A stretch of DNA of 64,000 bases from assembly GCA_963677495.2 (NCBI GenBank), contig CAXXOU010000002.1, positions 310,624 to 374,623 on the forward strand, written 5' to 3'. Below, in pieces: positions 17,099 to 27,539 of this stretch. Every line of letters begins with the position of its first letter. Position 1 is the stretch's first letter. The DNA is from Candidatus Cloacimonadales bacterium (lineage in GTDB: Bacteria; Cloacimonadota; Cloacimonadia; Cloacimonadales; JAFGVF01). A program made the position numbers and the translations under genes. Below the pieces are notes generated by a model. The model did not search any database. It saw only the letters and a list, made by a program, of their open reading frames with translations, and was not told where the DNA came from.

Positions 17099-19873
17099 AT
17101 GAAAAAGATTTTATTTATTGTAGCACTGATTTCAATAACGCTGATGTGCTTTTCAATCGAATACATTACTACCACAGTAACTTGGGCATCGAATCAAACT
17201 ATAACGGATAATATTGAAGTAACTTCAACAGGGTCATTAACAATTGATGCTGGAGTGACAGTGACATTCTCTGGGGACTATTACTTAAAAGTTCAGGGTG
17301 ACTTTTTTGTTAATGGTGCCAGTGGAAGTGTTGTTACTTTTACTGCTACTACTGAATGGCAGGGTCTAATTCTAGATTCTATCTCGGGCTGTGATATAGA
17401 ATATGCAAAATTTGAAAATGTTGAAGGAGCTGGTGCAATCCAAATAGATAGCTGTAATAACCTACTTGTAGATAATTGTACAGTATTTAATTGTAATGGT
17501 AATATAGCATATTCAACATCGAGTGCTACGAGCGGTGGCATTCTAGTTGTTGATTCAGAAGAAATTACAATCAGCAATTGCTATATTCATGATAACGAAA
17601 TTAATGATTCAACCAGATCTATGTTTGCCGGCTCAGCTATTACAATTTATGAGTCAGAAGATATTGAGATAATAGACTGTCAAATTGATGATAATGAAGA
17701 TGTATATGATACTAATGCATATAGTAACCATCATGGTGCAATAAAGGTGAAACATGCCTGTGATTTAAATACTTACACTACTGCCGATGCTATAACAATT
17801 AAAGGAACTACATTAGATGGTAATATCAGTTACAAAGGTGGAGCAATTGGGATAGATGTCCAACATGATGATATTGAAGTTTATATTACTGATTGTAAAA
17901 TGATAGACAATACAGCAGAATTACATGGTGGGGGATTATATGTAAAAGCAGAAGATGTTATAGTAGATAGTTGTGTAATCGCTTCTAATGAGATCTTAGA
18001 TGATGAAGGTGCTGGAGGTGGATTTTATTTCACAGATTCCGGTTGTGGTAATACATCCAACAATGTCTTTAAGAATAGTTTAGTTTATGATAACTATTCA
18101 GATAAGTTTGGGGGAGGTGGTGCAATTTATCTGACACAAGTAGATGTTTTGAACTGTACTTTTGCTGATAACTCATGCTTAGCTAACAATGGAATCGGTT
18201 CTAATCCTTACTATAATGCTCATAATCTGTATTCCTCAGATACCCATACATCACTAGTATCCACACTAAGAAATAACATATTCTATTTATCTGATGACCA
18301 AGTAAATTATAATATTGTTGTAACACAAGTAAGAAATGGTGATATAACACTAAAAAACAACTGCTATACACCTGATAATCTTGATAGCAATTATACATTA
18401 GAGCATGATGATTGCTTGTTTGATGAAGACCCATCATTTGTTGATGCTGGAAATTCTACCACATACCCAGATACTTATGGATTTGAAATTACAGAGTTCA
18501 GTCCTTGTGTTAACACTGGTCTATCCTCAAGTGCAAGTGATCTTGATGATGATGATTCCCCTCATGACATTGGCTTCTGGGCTTATGATAACACAGAAGA
18601 ACGAGAGTTCAATTCCGGTATTCATTGGATCTCTTTCCCAAGAATCAAAGCAACTTCCTATACTGATCCAGTTTGGACTAATAGGAATGATACTGATGAA
18701 ACTGAAGCAATAAATATTCAGCTATCTCAATTTGAGCCTTACAATGAAGAAGTCCATGTTGACATAATAAATGAAGAAGATTATGCTTATTGGGTTAATA
18801 ATGCTTGGACAGGAGGTACTGAGACAATAAAGAGTCATTTGGGTTACAAAGTAGAACTCGATGTAGCTGACGAACTTGACTACTCAGGTCCTCGGCTTCC
18901 TGATGAAACAGAAGTAGAATTTGAGTATAGTGGCTCCGGTACAGACTACTTTTGGCTTGGGTTCTGGAAGGAAGGAGGTCCATATAATTTCCGTAGTTTC
19001 ATAACCGAGGAAATGGATGAGAATGTTACTTACATTAAACATCAGAATTGGTATCTGACTCGAATGACAACTCAGCAAGGTGTCATCTGGTGGAAAGGTG
19101 ATGTTGATGCGAAAACACAATATGGTGATATGGTTATGCTGTCCTATGAAGGAGACTTTGATTTTCCAGGCTATCCTGATATAGTTGGAAACAAAAGTGA
19201 GTCCAATGATACTAACTATTATTCAGATTACTTTACATATGAAGAGCAGATTGACTATCTGCCAATTATGTTGGAAGTACCTGATACCCTTGAAGTAGCA
19301 GAAGTTGGTGTTTATGTTGATGGAGTTTGTAGGGGTTTTGGAAAGGTTGCAGAAGATGACACAGCATACATAAGAGCATATGTCTTGGATGAAAATAATC
19401 CTGCTGAAGCTGAGTTACAATTTGTTTATTACTTTGAAAATAGTAAGAACATGTTCTTAGTTGAAGACTACAACGTGATTGATCCAAAGACAGGTATTAC
19501 TTTAGCCACTCAGATTGATTTAGCCAATCCATCAGATTATTATATGATATCCACAAACGGAAAAGTAACCTCATTTGAAGATACATTACCTGTAAACAAG
19601 ATTAGGTTGAATGTTTATCCTAACCCGATGAATTCTGAGAGTTTGAATATCGCTTATCAAGCTAGAAAAGATGCTAGGCTCAGTGTCAGTGTTTATAACA
19701 TAAAAGGTCAAAAAGTAGCAAATGTCTTTAATGGTATCAGTAACACAAAGAAAGGTGAATTAATCTGGAACGGTAAAGATATAAACGGAAAAAGCGTTGC
19801 AAATGGTATCTATTTCATGCGTGCAAATAGCGAAGGAATGTCAATAACTGAGAAATTCATGATAATGAAATAA
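17099..19873 (+). CDS. Large secreted right-handed beta-helix protein with a C-terminal FlgD-Ig/T9SS-like domain
   Basis: Signal peptide; GG-x repeats typical of parallel beta-helices; YPNP..VYNIKGQ..WNGKD..NGIYF C-terminus. Confidence 0.75.
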   Translation: MKKILFIVALISITLMCFSIEYITTTVTWASNQTITDNIEVTSTGSLTIDAGVTVTFSGDYYLKVQGDFFVNGASGSVVTFTATTEWQGLILDSISGCDIEYAKFENVEGAGAIQIDSCNNLLVDNCTVFNCNGNIAYSTSSATSGGILVVDSEEITISNCYIHDNEINDSTRSMFAGSAITIYESEDIEIIDCQIDDNEDVYDTNAYSNHHGAIKVKHACDLNTYTTADAITIKGTTLDGNISYKGGAIGIDVQHDDIEVYITDCKMIDNTAELHGGGLYVKAEDVIVDSCVIASNEILDDEGAGGGFYFTDSGCGNTSNNVFKNSLVYDNYSDKFGGGGAIYLTQVDVLNCTFADNSCLANNGIGSNPYYNAHNLYSSDTHTSLVSTLRNNIFYLSDDQVNYNIVVTQVRNGDITLKNNCYTPDNLDSNYTLEHDDCLFDEDPSFVDAGNSTTYPDTYGFEITEFSPCVNTGLSSSASDLDDDDSPHDIGFWAYDNTEEREFNSGIHWISFPRIKATSYTDPVWTNRNDTDETEAINIQLSQFEPYNEEVHVDIINEEDYAYWVNNAWTGGTETIKSHLGYKVELDVADELDYSGPRLPDETEVEFEYSGSGTDYFWLGFWKEGGPYNFRSFITEEMDENVTYIKHQNWYLTRMTTQQGVIWWKGDVDAKTQYGDMVMLSYEGDFDFPGYPDIVGNKSESNDTNYYSDYFTYEEQIDYLPIMLEVPDTLEVAEVGVYVDGVCRGFGKVAEDDTAYIRAYVLDENNPAEAELQFVYYFENSKNMFLVEDYNVIDPKTGITLATQIDLANPSDYYMISTNGKVTSFEDTLPVNKIRLNVYPNPMNSESLNIAYQARKDARLSVSVYNIKGQKVANVFNGISNTKKGELIWNGKDINGKSVANGIYFMRANSEGMSITEKFMIMK

Positions 19874-20054
19874 GTATTATAAAATGAGAGGGGGAAACCC
19901 CTCTTGTTCTTATTTTGAAAGATTGTATTGACATAACAAAAGATGACATGATATCTTTGCAAGTTCTTTTAAGTAACTCGACTGTCTCGGTCGAGTCTAG
20001 GTTTGGAGAAACGACTCTGGGAATCGCTATAAATTTAGATGAGTTGGAGATAAA

Positions 20055-22670
20055 ATGAAGAATAAATTATTGTTTCTGATTTTAATGTTACCCATACAGC
20101 TATTTTCATGGACATGGCAAGTAAATCAAGATGGCTCTGCAGATTTTGACTCTATCCAAGCTGCTGTTGACTTAGCTTATAATGGGGATACTATTATTCT
20201 TCATGATGGTATATATTATGAAGAGGTAGACATTGTAAATAAGTCATTAACAATTGCAAGTCTATATCATTTAGATGGAGATGCATCCCATATTGAGAAT
20301 ACGATTTTTGATGGTGAAAATCAACATAGATTACTTAGAATCATGAATAATACTTTTGAAGGAGCATCTAATATAATTGGTCTGACTTTTAGAAATGGGA
20401 ATGCAATTATTGTAGATAATTCTTGGTGGTTAAGTGTAGTTACTGTTATTAGAACAGAAATACATATTTCAAATTGTAGTTTTTATAATAATATCAGTGT
20501 TCAAGGTGGTGGATTTTCTACAGGTGAATGTCAAGTTACCTTATCCGGTAACTCAATTAGAAACAACATTGCTACTGAGGGTGGTGGTGGATGTCTCCTA
20601 TATAGTGGAGAAGATACAGAGAATCTCCCAACAGTTTTTAGTGAAACAAGCTTAAATAGTATATATAACAATCAAAGCATTTGGGGATCAGATATTCTTA
20701 TTTTGAAAGATGAAAACATTAGTCCAATCATAACGGATACGCTAAGTGTCGATACTAATGATCGTTTCTACAATGTTGCAACTCACTTTAATCATACAGC
20801 AAATCATGATATAATAATTCAAGCAAATGTTACAACCTTGCCACGTATTGAGACAGACATATATGTAGCACCTTGGGGAGATGATGATAACGATGGATTA
20901 TCAGTAACTTCACCTTTAAAATCAATCTGGTGGGCATGCTCAATTATAGCTCCAACAGAATCCAATCGATTGACGGTACATTTACTTCCCGGAGAGTATT
21001 CACCATCACAAAACGATAATTTCTTTCCTTTTTATGTGAGAGACTATACCACTCTTCTTGGAGAGTCTGCTGATAACACGATTCTAAATTGTGAAGGAAT
21101 TAGAAGTCACATTGTAAATAGGTCAGGGCAGAGTCATATAAAGCTTGAAAATCTATCATTAATCAATCATCAAATAGTTGAAGAAGATAGTCCTGAAGAT
21201 AATTGGGCATATCGGAATTCAATTTACTTTGAACCTGATTTTCCGTTAGCTCCTGATTATGATCCGTCTGTTATTCAGCTTGAAAACATTAAATTTTATC
21301 ATACAATTAATCACAATCTTGTGAGACCTAATAAAACTTTGTATGTATTAATTTCAAATGGGGTTTTGAATAACTGCCAATTTGGGAGTAGAAATACTGA
21401 AATAATCACAACACAAAAATCTTTAAGAAATGGAAACATTAGTTTTTGGAATTCAGGCTCATTCGAGATAACAAACACAGCATTCTACAATCAAAGAGAA
21501 CAGATTTCTATTGATAGCGCTGTACCTAGCAATGTAACAATATCTAATTGTTTGTTTGATTCTGAAGATACACTTCTGTTTAATAATGAGTATTTAAGAT
21601 CTTATATTTCACTTGGCGGTCCTTTGAATACACATATTGTAAACAACACTTTTTATGGTAATCATCCTGCGGGACAATTGGATGGAATGATATATATTGC
21701 ACACTCAAATTCCCAATCAAACCCAAGTATAACAAATATCAAAAATAATATAATGGTAGACAATTTCGCTCCTCAACAGAATCACTCTGTGAAGGTTGAA
21801 ACCTTCTATGGTCCCTTTGCAGCAGAGATAAATGTTGAGTACAATTTGATTCCTGGTGGTGAAAGTACAGTGTCATATACAGATTGGCCGAATCTTACAT
21901 TCAACTACGAAGACACGAACATAGATACAATACCTCATTTAACAGGATATGGAGAAAACAGGTTTATGCTTGATGATAATTCTCCTTGTATAGATGCAGG
22001 TACACTGAATCTACCTGATGGTTTTGAACTACCTGAAACTGATTTAGCAGGCAATCCGCGTGTTCATGGAGATAGCATAGATATGGGTTGTTATGAATGG
22101 CAAGGAAATGTAGCTGATTTCACAATGCAGGCAATGGGGAATGTGTTCCCGATTGATGTTGTGTTTACTCCACACTACAACTATTCAATTGATACAATTG
22201 CCTGGGATTTAGACCTTGATGGCGTGATTGATAGCTATGAAATGAATCCAGTCTGGTCTTATCCTGATTTCAATGGACATGATGTCGGGATGTATATCAA
22301 CGATGGCGAAGCTATTGAGATTAAGTATGACTGTATACAGCCTACAACACCAATAATAGAGGAAACTTTCGAAACATCGGAAGCTAATGAGCTTTTAGCT
22401 TGTTATCCTAATCCCGTGAGAATCAGTACAGGTAATGTTATACTGAAGTACAATGTGAAAGATGTTGGAAGTGCAGAGTTGAAAGTGTACAATATCAAAG
22501 GACAAATGGTAAAATCCATTAAGGTTAAGAGTCAACGCAAAGGACGCAACACTATCTTCTGGTATCTTACCGATAATCGAGGTGTGCATGTCCCATCGGG
22601 TGTATATCTGTATAACCTTGGACAGAATGGTAAATCCATTGGTAAAGGGCAGATAACGGTGGTCAAGTAA
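20055..22670 (+). CDS. Large secreted beta-helix protein (DUF1565/choice-of-anchor-like segments) with a C-terminal FlgD-Ig/T9SS-like domain
   Basis: Signal peptide; SIQAAVD, YVAPWGDDDNDG, SPCIDAG..DLAGNPR..IDMGCYE; YPNP..VYNIKGQ..SGVYLY. Confidence 0.75.
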   Translation: MKNKLLFLILMLPIQLFSWTWQVNQDGSADFDSIQAAVDLAYNGDTIILHDGIYYEEVDIVNKSLTIASLYHLDGDASHIENTIFDGENQHRLLRIMNNTFEGASNIIGLTFRNGNAIIVDNSWWLSVVTVIRTEIHISNCSFYNNISVQGGGFSTGECQVTLSGNSIRNNIATEGGGGCLLYSGEDTENLPTVFSETSLNSIYNNQSIWGSDILILKDENISPIITDTLSVDTNDRFYNVATHFNHTANHDIIIQANVTTLPRIETDIYVAPWGDDDNDGLSVTSPLKSIWWACSIIAPTESNRLTVHLLPGEYSPSQNDNFFPFYVRDYTTLLGESADNTILNCEGIRSHIVNRSGQSHIKLENLSLINHQIVEEDSPEDNWAYRNSIYFEPDFPLAPDYDPSVIQLENIKFYHTINHNLVRPNKTLYVLISNGVLNNCQFGSRNTEIITTQKSLRNGNISFWNSGSFEITNTAFYNQREQISIDSAVPSNVTISNCLFDSEDTLLFNNEYLRSYISLGGPLNTHIVNNTFYGNHPAGQLDGMIYIAHSNSQSNPSITNIKNNIMVDNFAPQQNHSVKVETFYGPFAAEINVEYNLIPGGESTVSYTDWPNLTFNYEDTNIDTIPHLTGYGENRFMLDDNSPCIDAGTLNLPDGFELPETDLAGNPRVHGDSIDMGCYEWQGNVADFTMQAMGNVFPIDVVFTPHYNYSIDTIAWDLDLDGVIDSYEMNPVWSYPDFNGHDVGMYINDGEAIEIKYDCIQPTTPIIEETFETSEANELLACYPNPVRISTGNVILKYNVKDVGSAELKVYNIKGQMVKSIKVKSQRKGRNTIFWYLTDNRGVHVPSGVYLYNLGQNGKSIGKGQITVVK

Positions 22671-22931
22671 TATTAACACTTGATATATGTCGGTACAAAG
22701 AATCGGAACAGTGAATAGAGTGGAACAAATACTGCATATAACTATAACAGATACTGAGATATGCGAGATTCAAATGGTTAAGATAAGGTTAAAATCTGAA
22801 TCATATCTCATAAAAGAGCTTATTATAGCAAAAAACAGTTGACATGGTGCTTAAAGAGAATAAAATGTAATTGAATGGCTATGGTTAAATAGTTAGTAAA
22901 AAAAGAGTGATAAATATTTGGAGGAAATAAC

Positions 22932-23627
22932 ATGCGTTATATTATGTCGATTTTACTTGTAGTTCTGATAGGTGCGTTATCTGCAACATCAATTTATGAT
23001 GTACAGTACACAACTAATGCCGGTGATGGTACTTATCCTTCACCAATGGTTGGTCAACAGGTTACTGTTGAAGGTGTTGTAACAGCAACATTGATGCAAG
23101 GTGAGAAATTCTTCATCAGCGAACCACAGGGTGGTCCATGGCGTGGTCTTTTCATTTATGAATGGGAAACAATGCCACAGCTTGGTGATATGGTATCTTG
23201 CACAGGTACAGTTGCTGAGTACAATGGTGTTACAGAGTTAACTTATGTAACTACACAGGTTCTTAGTAGTGGTAATCCATTACCTAACCCAACACAGGTT
23301 ACAACAGGTTCAATAGCCAACCCTGCAACTAGAGAGCAATATGAAGGTGTTTTCATTGCTGTATCTAGAGCTACTGTATCTTCAAGTACTGCAGATAATG
23401 GCTTCAACCAATTCGGTATCAATGATGGAACAGGCGAATGTCTCGTTGATGACGATATGTATGATGGTTATAATGTAAATGTTAATGATACTATGGATAT
23501 GCTTGGTATCGCACATTATAGCTATGATAATATGAAAGTTTTCCCAAGAACAGCTGCTGACCTTCTTCCTTACGGAACAAGTAATGCTAAGAAATCTTGG
23601 GGTAGAATTAAATCTATTTACAGATAA
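22932..23627 (+). CDS. Secreted OB-fold-containing protein with a C-terminal SWGRIKSIYR motif
   Basis: Signal peptide; SIYDVQ..SPMVGQQVTVEGVVT and GDMVSCTGTVAEY resemble OB domains of extracellular nucleases. Confidence 0.6.
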   Translation: MRYIMSILLVVLIGALSATSIYDVQYTTNAGDGTYPSPMVGQQVTVEGVVTATLMQGEKFFISEPQGGPWRGLFIYEWETMPQLGDMVSCTGTVAEYNGVTELTYVTTQVLSSGNPLPNPTQVTTGSIANPATREQYEGVFIAVSRATVSSSTADNGFNQFGINDGTGECLVDDDMYDGYNVNVNDTMDMLGIAHYSYDNMKVFPRTAADLLPYGTSNAKKSWGRIKSIYR

Positions 23628-23646
23628 GCTATAATTGGAGCATTCA

Positions 23647-24102
23647 ATGAGTAAGTTTTTTAAAAAAGCTTTTAACTTTGCCGTACTGGCTGGTTTAGGT
23701 TATTTAGGATTAAAGATTTATAAAGTGATTCATGGTGTCATGAAGCTTTCAAAGAATCTTCCTGAATTTCTTACAAATGTTTATGGTGAGAAACCATCAA
23801 TAAATATAAACCAGCAGTTCAGATCTATGCAGATTAAAGTCGGTTTCTCTACTGAAATATTAGAGAATAATAGTGATATCGAAGCTATAATATTAGAATA
23901 TATTGAAGATTTCTATCCTGAATTATGTAAGAACATTAAGATTGATATCTTTGATAAAACAGCTAAAACCGATGAATGTAATTGCGGTGAAGACTCAGAA
24001 TGCGAATGTGGAGATGACTGTGATTGTGGTGACGATTGTGACTGCAAAGAGGAAAAAACAGAAGAAGCTCCGGTAGAAGAAAAAGAAGAAAGCGTCGAGT
24101 AA
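23647..24102 (+). CDS. Hypothetical protein with an N-terminal TM helix and a Cys/acidic-rich tail
   Basis: GGAG RBS; CNCGEDSECECGDDCDCGDDCDC. Confidence 0.65.
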   Translation: MSKFFKKAFNFAVLAGLGYLGLKIYKVIHGVMKLSKNLPEFLTNVYGEKPSININQQFRSMQIKVGFSTEILENNSDIEAIILEYIEDFYPELCKNIKIDIFDKTAKTDECNCGEDSECECGDDCDCGDDCDCKEEKTEEAPVEEKEESVE

Positions 24103-24125
24103 TTTAACGCAGATTCATATATTTA

Positions 24126-24152
24126 GGGTCGCACAACTTGTGCGACCTTTTT
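24126..24152 (+). terminator. Intrinsic terminator
   Basis: GGTCGCACAA-c-TTGTGCGACC followed by TTTTT. Confidence 0.7.
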
Positions 24153-24234
24153 CATTATCAAAGTAAAAGTAATTTAGGTTTGACAGTTTACAGGAATCAT
24201 ACAATAATAGAAAAAAGAATAAAAGAGGTACATT

Positions 24235-25023
24235 ATGAGCCAGAACTTAGTTACAATAGCCAAATATGATACTCCCTTTGAAGCTGAATTAGCAAAGACT
24301 TACCTTAATGACTGTGGAATCGAAGCAGTTGTTTTTAATGAGTTAATCAATACAATCATCCCCTCATTTGCAGGACTCAAATATGAGACAGAATTAAAGG
24401 TTAATGATGAAGATGCGGATGTTGCAAAAGAACATCTTACTAACATCAATTCTGCCTATGTAACAGAATCTGTACTTAAAGAATGTGGTTCTCTTTTAGA
24501 AGGACATTTCAAACTTACATCCGGTCGCCATAGCAATAAATATGTTGAGAAGATTAAGATTATCCAGGCACCGGATAAGGTTGAGATTATCTGTAATCGT
24601 ATGGCTCTTGCTATGAAAGATATCGAATGCGATATTGTTATAGGCCCGGCATTCGGTGCTATAGTGCTTGGCTATGAAGTAGCCAAACAGCTTGGTAAGA
24701 AGTTTGCCTTCTGTCAGCGTAAAGAAGGTGTGATGACCTTTAGAAGCGGTTTCGAAATCAAACCGGGCATGAAAGCAATTATCATAGAGGATATCGTTAC
24801 AACAGGTGGCAGTGTATTTGAAGTTATAGAAGCACTAAAAGAACGAGATGTTGAAGTTGCCGGTGTTGGGCTCATCGTTGACCGTTCCGGTGGAAAAGTG
24901 GACTTTGGTGTCCCTACATTCCCTCTCCTGACTCTTTCAATAGAATCATGGGAACCTGAAGATTGCCCACTCTGTAAAGCTGGTGTTCCAATTACTAAGC
25001 CCGGGAGCAGTGATAAGAAGTAA
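24235..25023 (+). CDS. pyrE: Orotate phosphoribosyltransferase with an N-terminal DUF2007-like domain
   Basis: GHFKLTSGRHS, IIEDIVTTGGS, IVDRS; extra ~70-aa N-terminus EAELAKTYLNDCGI. Confidence 0.9.
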   Translation: MSQNLVTIAKYDTPFEAELAKTYLNDCGIEAVVFNELINTIIPSFAGLKYETELKVNDEDADVAKEHLTNINSAYVTESVLKECGSLLEGHFKLTSGRHSNKYVEKIKIIQAPDKVEIICNRMALAMKDIECDIVIGPAFGAIVLGYEVAKQLGKKFAFCQRKEGVMTFRSGFEIKPGMKAIIIEDIVTTGGSVFEVIEALKERDVEVAGVGLIVDRSGGKVDFGVPTFPLLTLSIESWEPEDCPLCKAGVPITKPGSSDKK

Positions 25024-26732
25024 TGAAAAGAATTGGTATAACTACCGGTGATCCTGCCGGTATTGGACCGGAGATAGCTGTAAAAGCTCTCCGGTTTCAT
25101 TCCTTAAAGCAGGATTTAATATATATTGTTTATGGCTCTTATCCATACTCTAAACATGGATATAAACCTGTTGTGATTGATAATGTTGATTTGGCTACTC
25201 AGCCTGGTGCTGTTTATCATATTTCAATTGAGAATGACTCCGTTGTTGCTGGAGAACCATCCTCTTCAAGTGGAAAAGTAGCTTTCGAGATATTGGAAAG
25301 ATGCAGTGTTGACCTGAACGCAGAAAAGCTTGATGGTATTGTGACAGGGCCTGTTTCCAAAGAGTATATAAAACCCTTTGATAATGAGTTTATAGGTCAT
25401 ACAGAATATCTGGCTAAACGTTCCAATGTTGATGATGTTGCAATGACTTTCTGGGGTCCGGTGTTTGATTTGGCACTCTTATCAACTCATAAAGGTCTTT
25501 GTGAGTTATCTGAATATCTCACAGAGGAGAGAGTAGAGAGTATGCTTCGCTTAATCCATAAAGAGTATACAAAAATCAAGCCCAAAGCAAAGATTGCCTT
25601 ACTCGCAATTAATCCCCATGGGGGAGAGAATGGGATGTTTGGTAGTGAAGATATCATGATGGAAAAAGTGGTATTGCGTCTTGCTGAGGATGATATCTAT
25701 ATTGATGGCCCTTTCCCTGCTGATACGTTCTTTGCTTACAATCTTAAAGGTTATGATTTAGTCATTTCACCATATCATGATCAAGGTCTTATTCCATTCA
25801 AAATGCTTTCAAAAGGAAGCGGAGTAAACGTAACTTTAGGATTACCTTTCTATCGTACTTCAGTGGATCACGGTACAGCATTTGATATTGCCGGCACTGG
25901 AAGGTCTGATTCTGCAAGTATGAAATCCGCTTTAGAGTGGCTTGAAAAGCGACTCTCAGATGAAAAGATTACAAGTACATCATACAATATCTTTGCTGAA
26001 TACTATGATGACTATATGGGGCATGTTGACTACAAAGGCTGGATGAACCTTGTTTTAGATGAATATAAGCTGGTCTATAATCAGGAACCTTCAAAGGTTT
26101 TAGAGATTGCATGTGGTACTGCCAATGTTGCTTGTCAGCTGGTTAAGAAAGGTTTTGATGTAGATGCTAGTGATAACTCAGAAGCTATGCTATCTATTGC
26201 AGCAAAAAAGAAGTACTCTCCAAATCTTTATCTTGCCGATATGGCAGATGTTATTGATGGGAAGTATGACTTGATTCTTTGTTTGTTCGACAGTGTTAAC
26301 TACCTTCTAAAAATTTCGCAAGTTGAGCAGATGTTCTTAAATGTGAAGAACGCACTAACCGATAATGGAATGTTCATATTCGATGTCTCGACTCTACGAA
26401 ATAGTATTGAGAACTTTGATGATTTCGTGAATATCGAATCTAATGATGAACTCTTAATGCTCCATGAAGCGGAGTTTGACTCAAAACGCTTAAAACAGTA
26501 CTCTAATCTTACGCTCTTTAGAAAAGATATGTATGGATATAAAAGATATAAAGAATCTCATTTACAGACTGTTTATCCGCTTTCTGAGTTGATTAGTTCA
26601 ATCGTTAAATGTGGTCTTGATATAAGAGAGATAAAATCACCTACACATCATAAGAGTCTTCTCTCTATGCAACCGGAAGCTATTGAAGATGAGTTTGAAC
26701 GTGTCTTCTTCTGTGTGACTTCTAATGAATAG
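25023..26732 (+). CDS. pdxA: PdxA 4-hydroxythreonine-4-phosphate dehydrogenase fused to a class I SAM-dependent methyltransferase
   Basis: GDPAGIGPE, GHTE, NPHGGE, YHDQGL, RTSVDHGTAFDIAG, then YDDYM..DY..LEIACGTA..DSVNYL. Confidence 0.85.
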   Translation: MKRIGITTGDPAGIGPEIAVKALRFHSLKQDLIYIVYGSYPYSKHGYKPVVIDNVDLATQPGAVYHISIENDSVVAGEPSSSSGKVAFEILERCSVDLNAEKLDGIVTGPVSKEYIKPFDNEFIGHTEYLAKRSNVDDVAMTFWGPVFDLALLSTHKGLCELSEYLTEERVESMLRLIHKEYTKIKPKAKIALLAINPHGGENGMFGSEDIMMEKVVLRLAEDDIYIDGPFPADTFFAYNLKGYDLVISPYHDQGLIPFKMLSKGSGVNVTLGLPFYRTSVDHGTAFDIAGTGRSDSASMKSALEWLEKRLSDEKITSTSYNIFAEYYDDYMGHVDYKGWMNLVLDEYKLVYNQEPSKVLEIACGTANVACQLVKKGFDVDASDNSEAMLSIAAKKKYSPNLYLADMADVIDGKYDLILCLFDSVNYLLKISQVEQMFLNVKNALTDNGMFIFDVSTLRNSIENFDDFVNIESNDELLMLHEAEFDSKRLKQYSNLTLFRKDMYGYKRYKESHLQTVYPLSELISSIVKCGLDIREIKSPTHHKSLLSMQPEAIEDEFERVFFCVTSNE

Positions 26733-27342
26733 ACTTTACGCAAATGAAATAGAAAGCTTTGGTTTAGATAAGCTTGTAGCAGGGGCTGACGAAGCCGGTA
26801 GAGGACCTTTAGCCGGTCCTCTTGTAGCTGCTGCAGTGATTCTTGACAGAAATGTGATTATTGAGGGTGTTAATGACTCAAAGAAGCTTTCTGAGAAGAA
26901 AAGAGAGTCTATCTTTGAGGAGATTCTTGAGAAAGCGCACGCTTATGTAATTGAGATAGTTTCACCCCAAGAGATTGATGATTTGAACATACTAAATGCA
27001 TCTCTTGAAGGTATGAGAAGAGCTATCGAAAGATTAGATACAACTCCTGAACATTGCTTAATTGATGGGAATAAACTACCCCGAACGTTAAAGTTATCAA
27101 AAGAAGCTGTAGTCAAAGGGGATGGAAAATATGCCTCAATTGCAGCTGCCTCAATTCTTGCAAAAGTTACACGTGATCGTATTATGGTAGAGCTTGATAA
27201 AGAGTTTCCGCAATATGGTTTTGCCCAACATAAAGGATATCCAACTAAACAGCATCTGGAAGCAATCAAGAAACATGGTGTCACTGAGCATCATCGAATG
27301 TCATACGGTCCATGTGCTCAGTTGACTGTTGATTTCTTTTAG
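26725..27342 (+). CDS. rnhB: Ribonuclease HII
   Basis: GADEAGRGPLAGP, DSKKL, LIDGN, SIAAASILAKVTRD, HKGYPT. Confidence 0.97.
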   Translation: MNRLYANEIESFGLDKLVAGADEAGRGPLAGPLVAAAVILDRNVIIEGVNDSKKLSEKKRESIFEEILEKAHAYVIEIVSPQEIDDLNILNASLEGMRRAIERLDTTPEHCLIDGNKLPRTLKLSKEAVVKGDGKYASIAAASILAKVTRDRIMVELDKEFPQYGFAQHKGYPTKQHLEAIKKHGVTEHHRMSYGPCAQLTVDFF

Positions 27343-27440
27343 GCTAGTAAACAAGCTTTTCACTATTCAGATTTCTAAGTCATAACAGATAATTCTACAT
27401 GATTTCACGCAGCATTCTCTGTTACTTCTTGCCTATTTTA

Positions 27441-27519
27441 CCACGGATGAACCACGGGTAAACCACACCCAAACGACGGGAGCCGTGGTTAACCCGTGGT
27501 TTACCCGTGGTCAACCCGT
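27441..27519. repeat. 11-bp-period palindromic minisatellite interrupted by IS110
   Basis: CCACGGATGAA CCACGGGTAAA CCACACCCAAA CGACGGGA followed by inverted units CCGTGGTTAAC CCGTGGTTTAC CCGTGGTCAAC CCGT; the unit resumes as GGTTAA at 28916. Confidence 0.8.
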
Positions 27520-27539
27520 TGTATATTGACATTATATGA

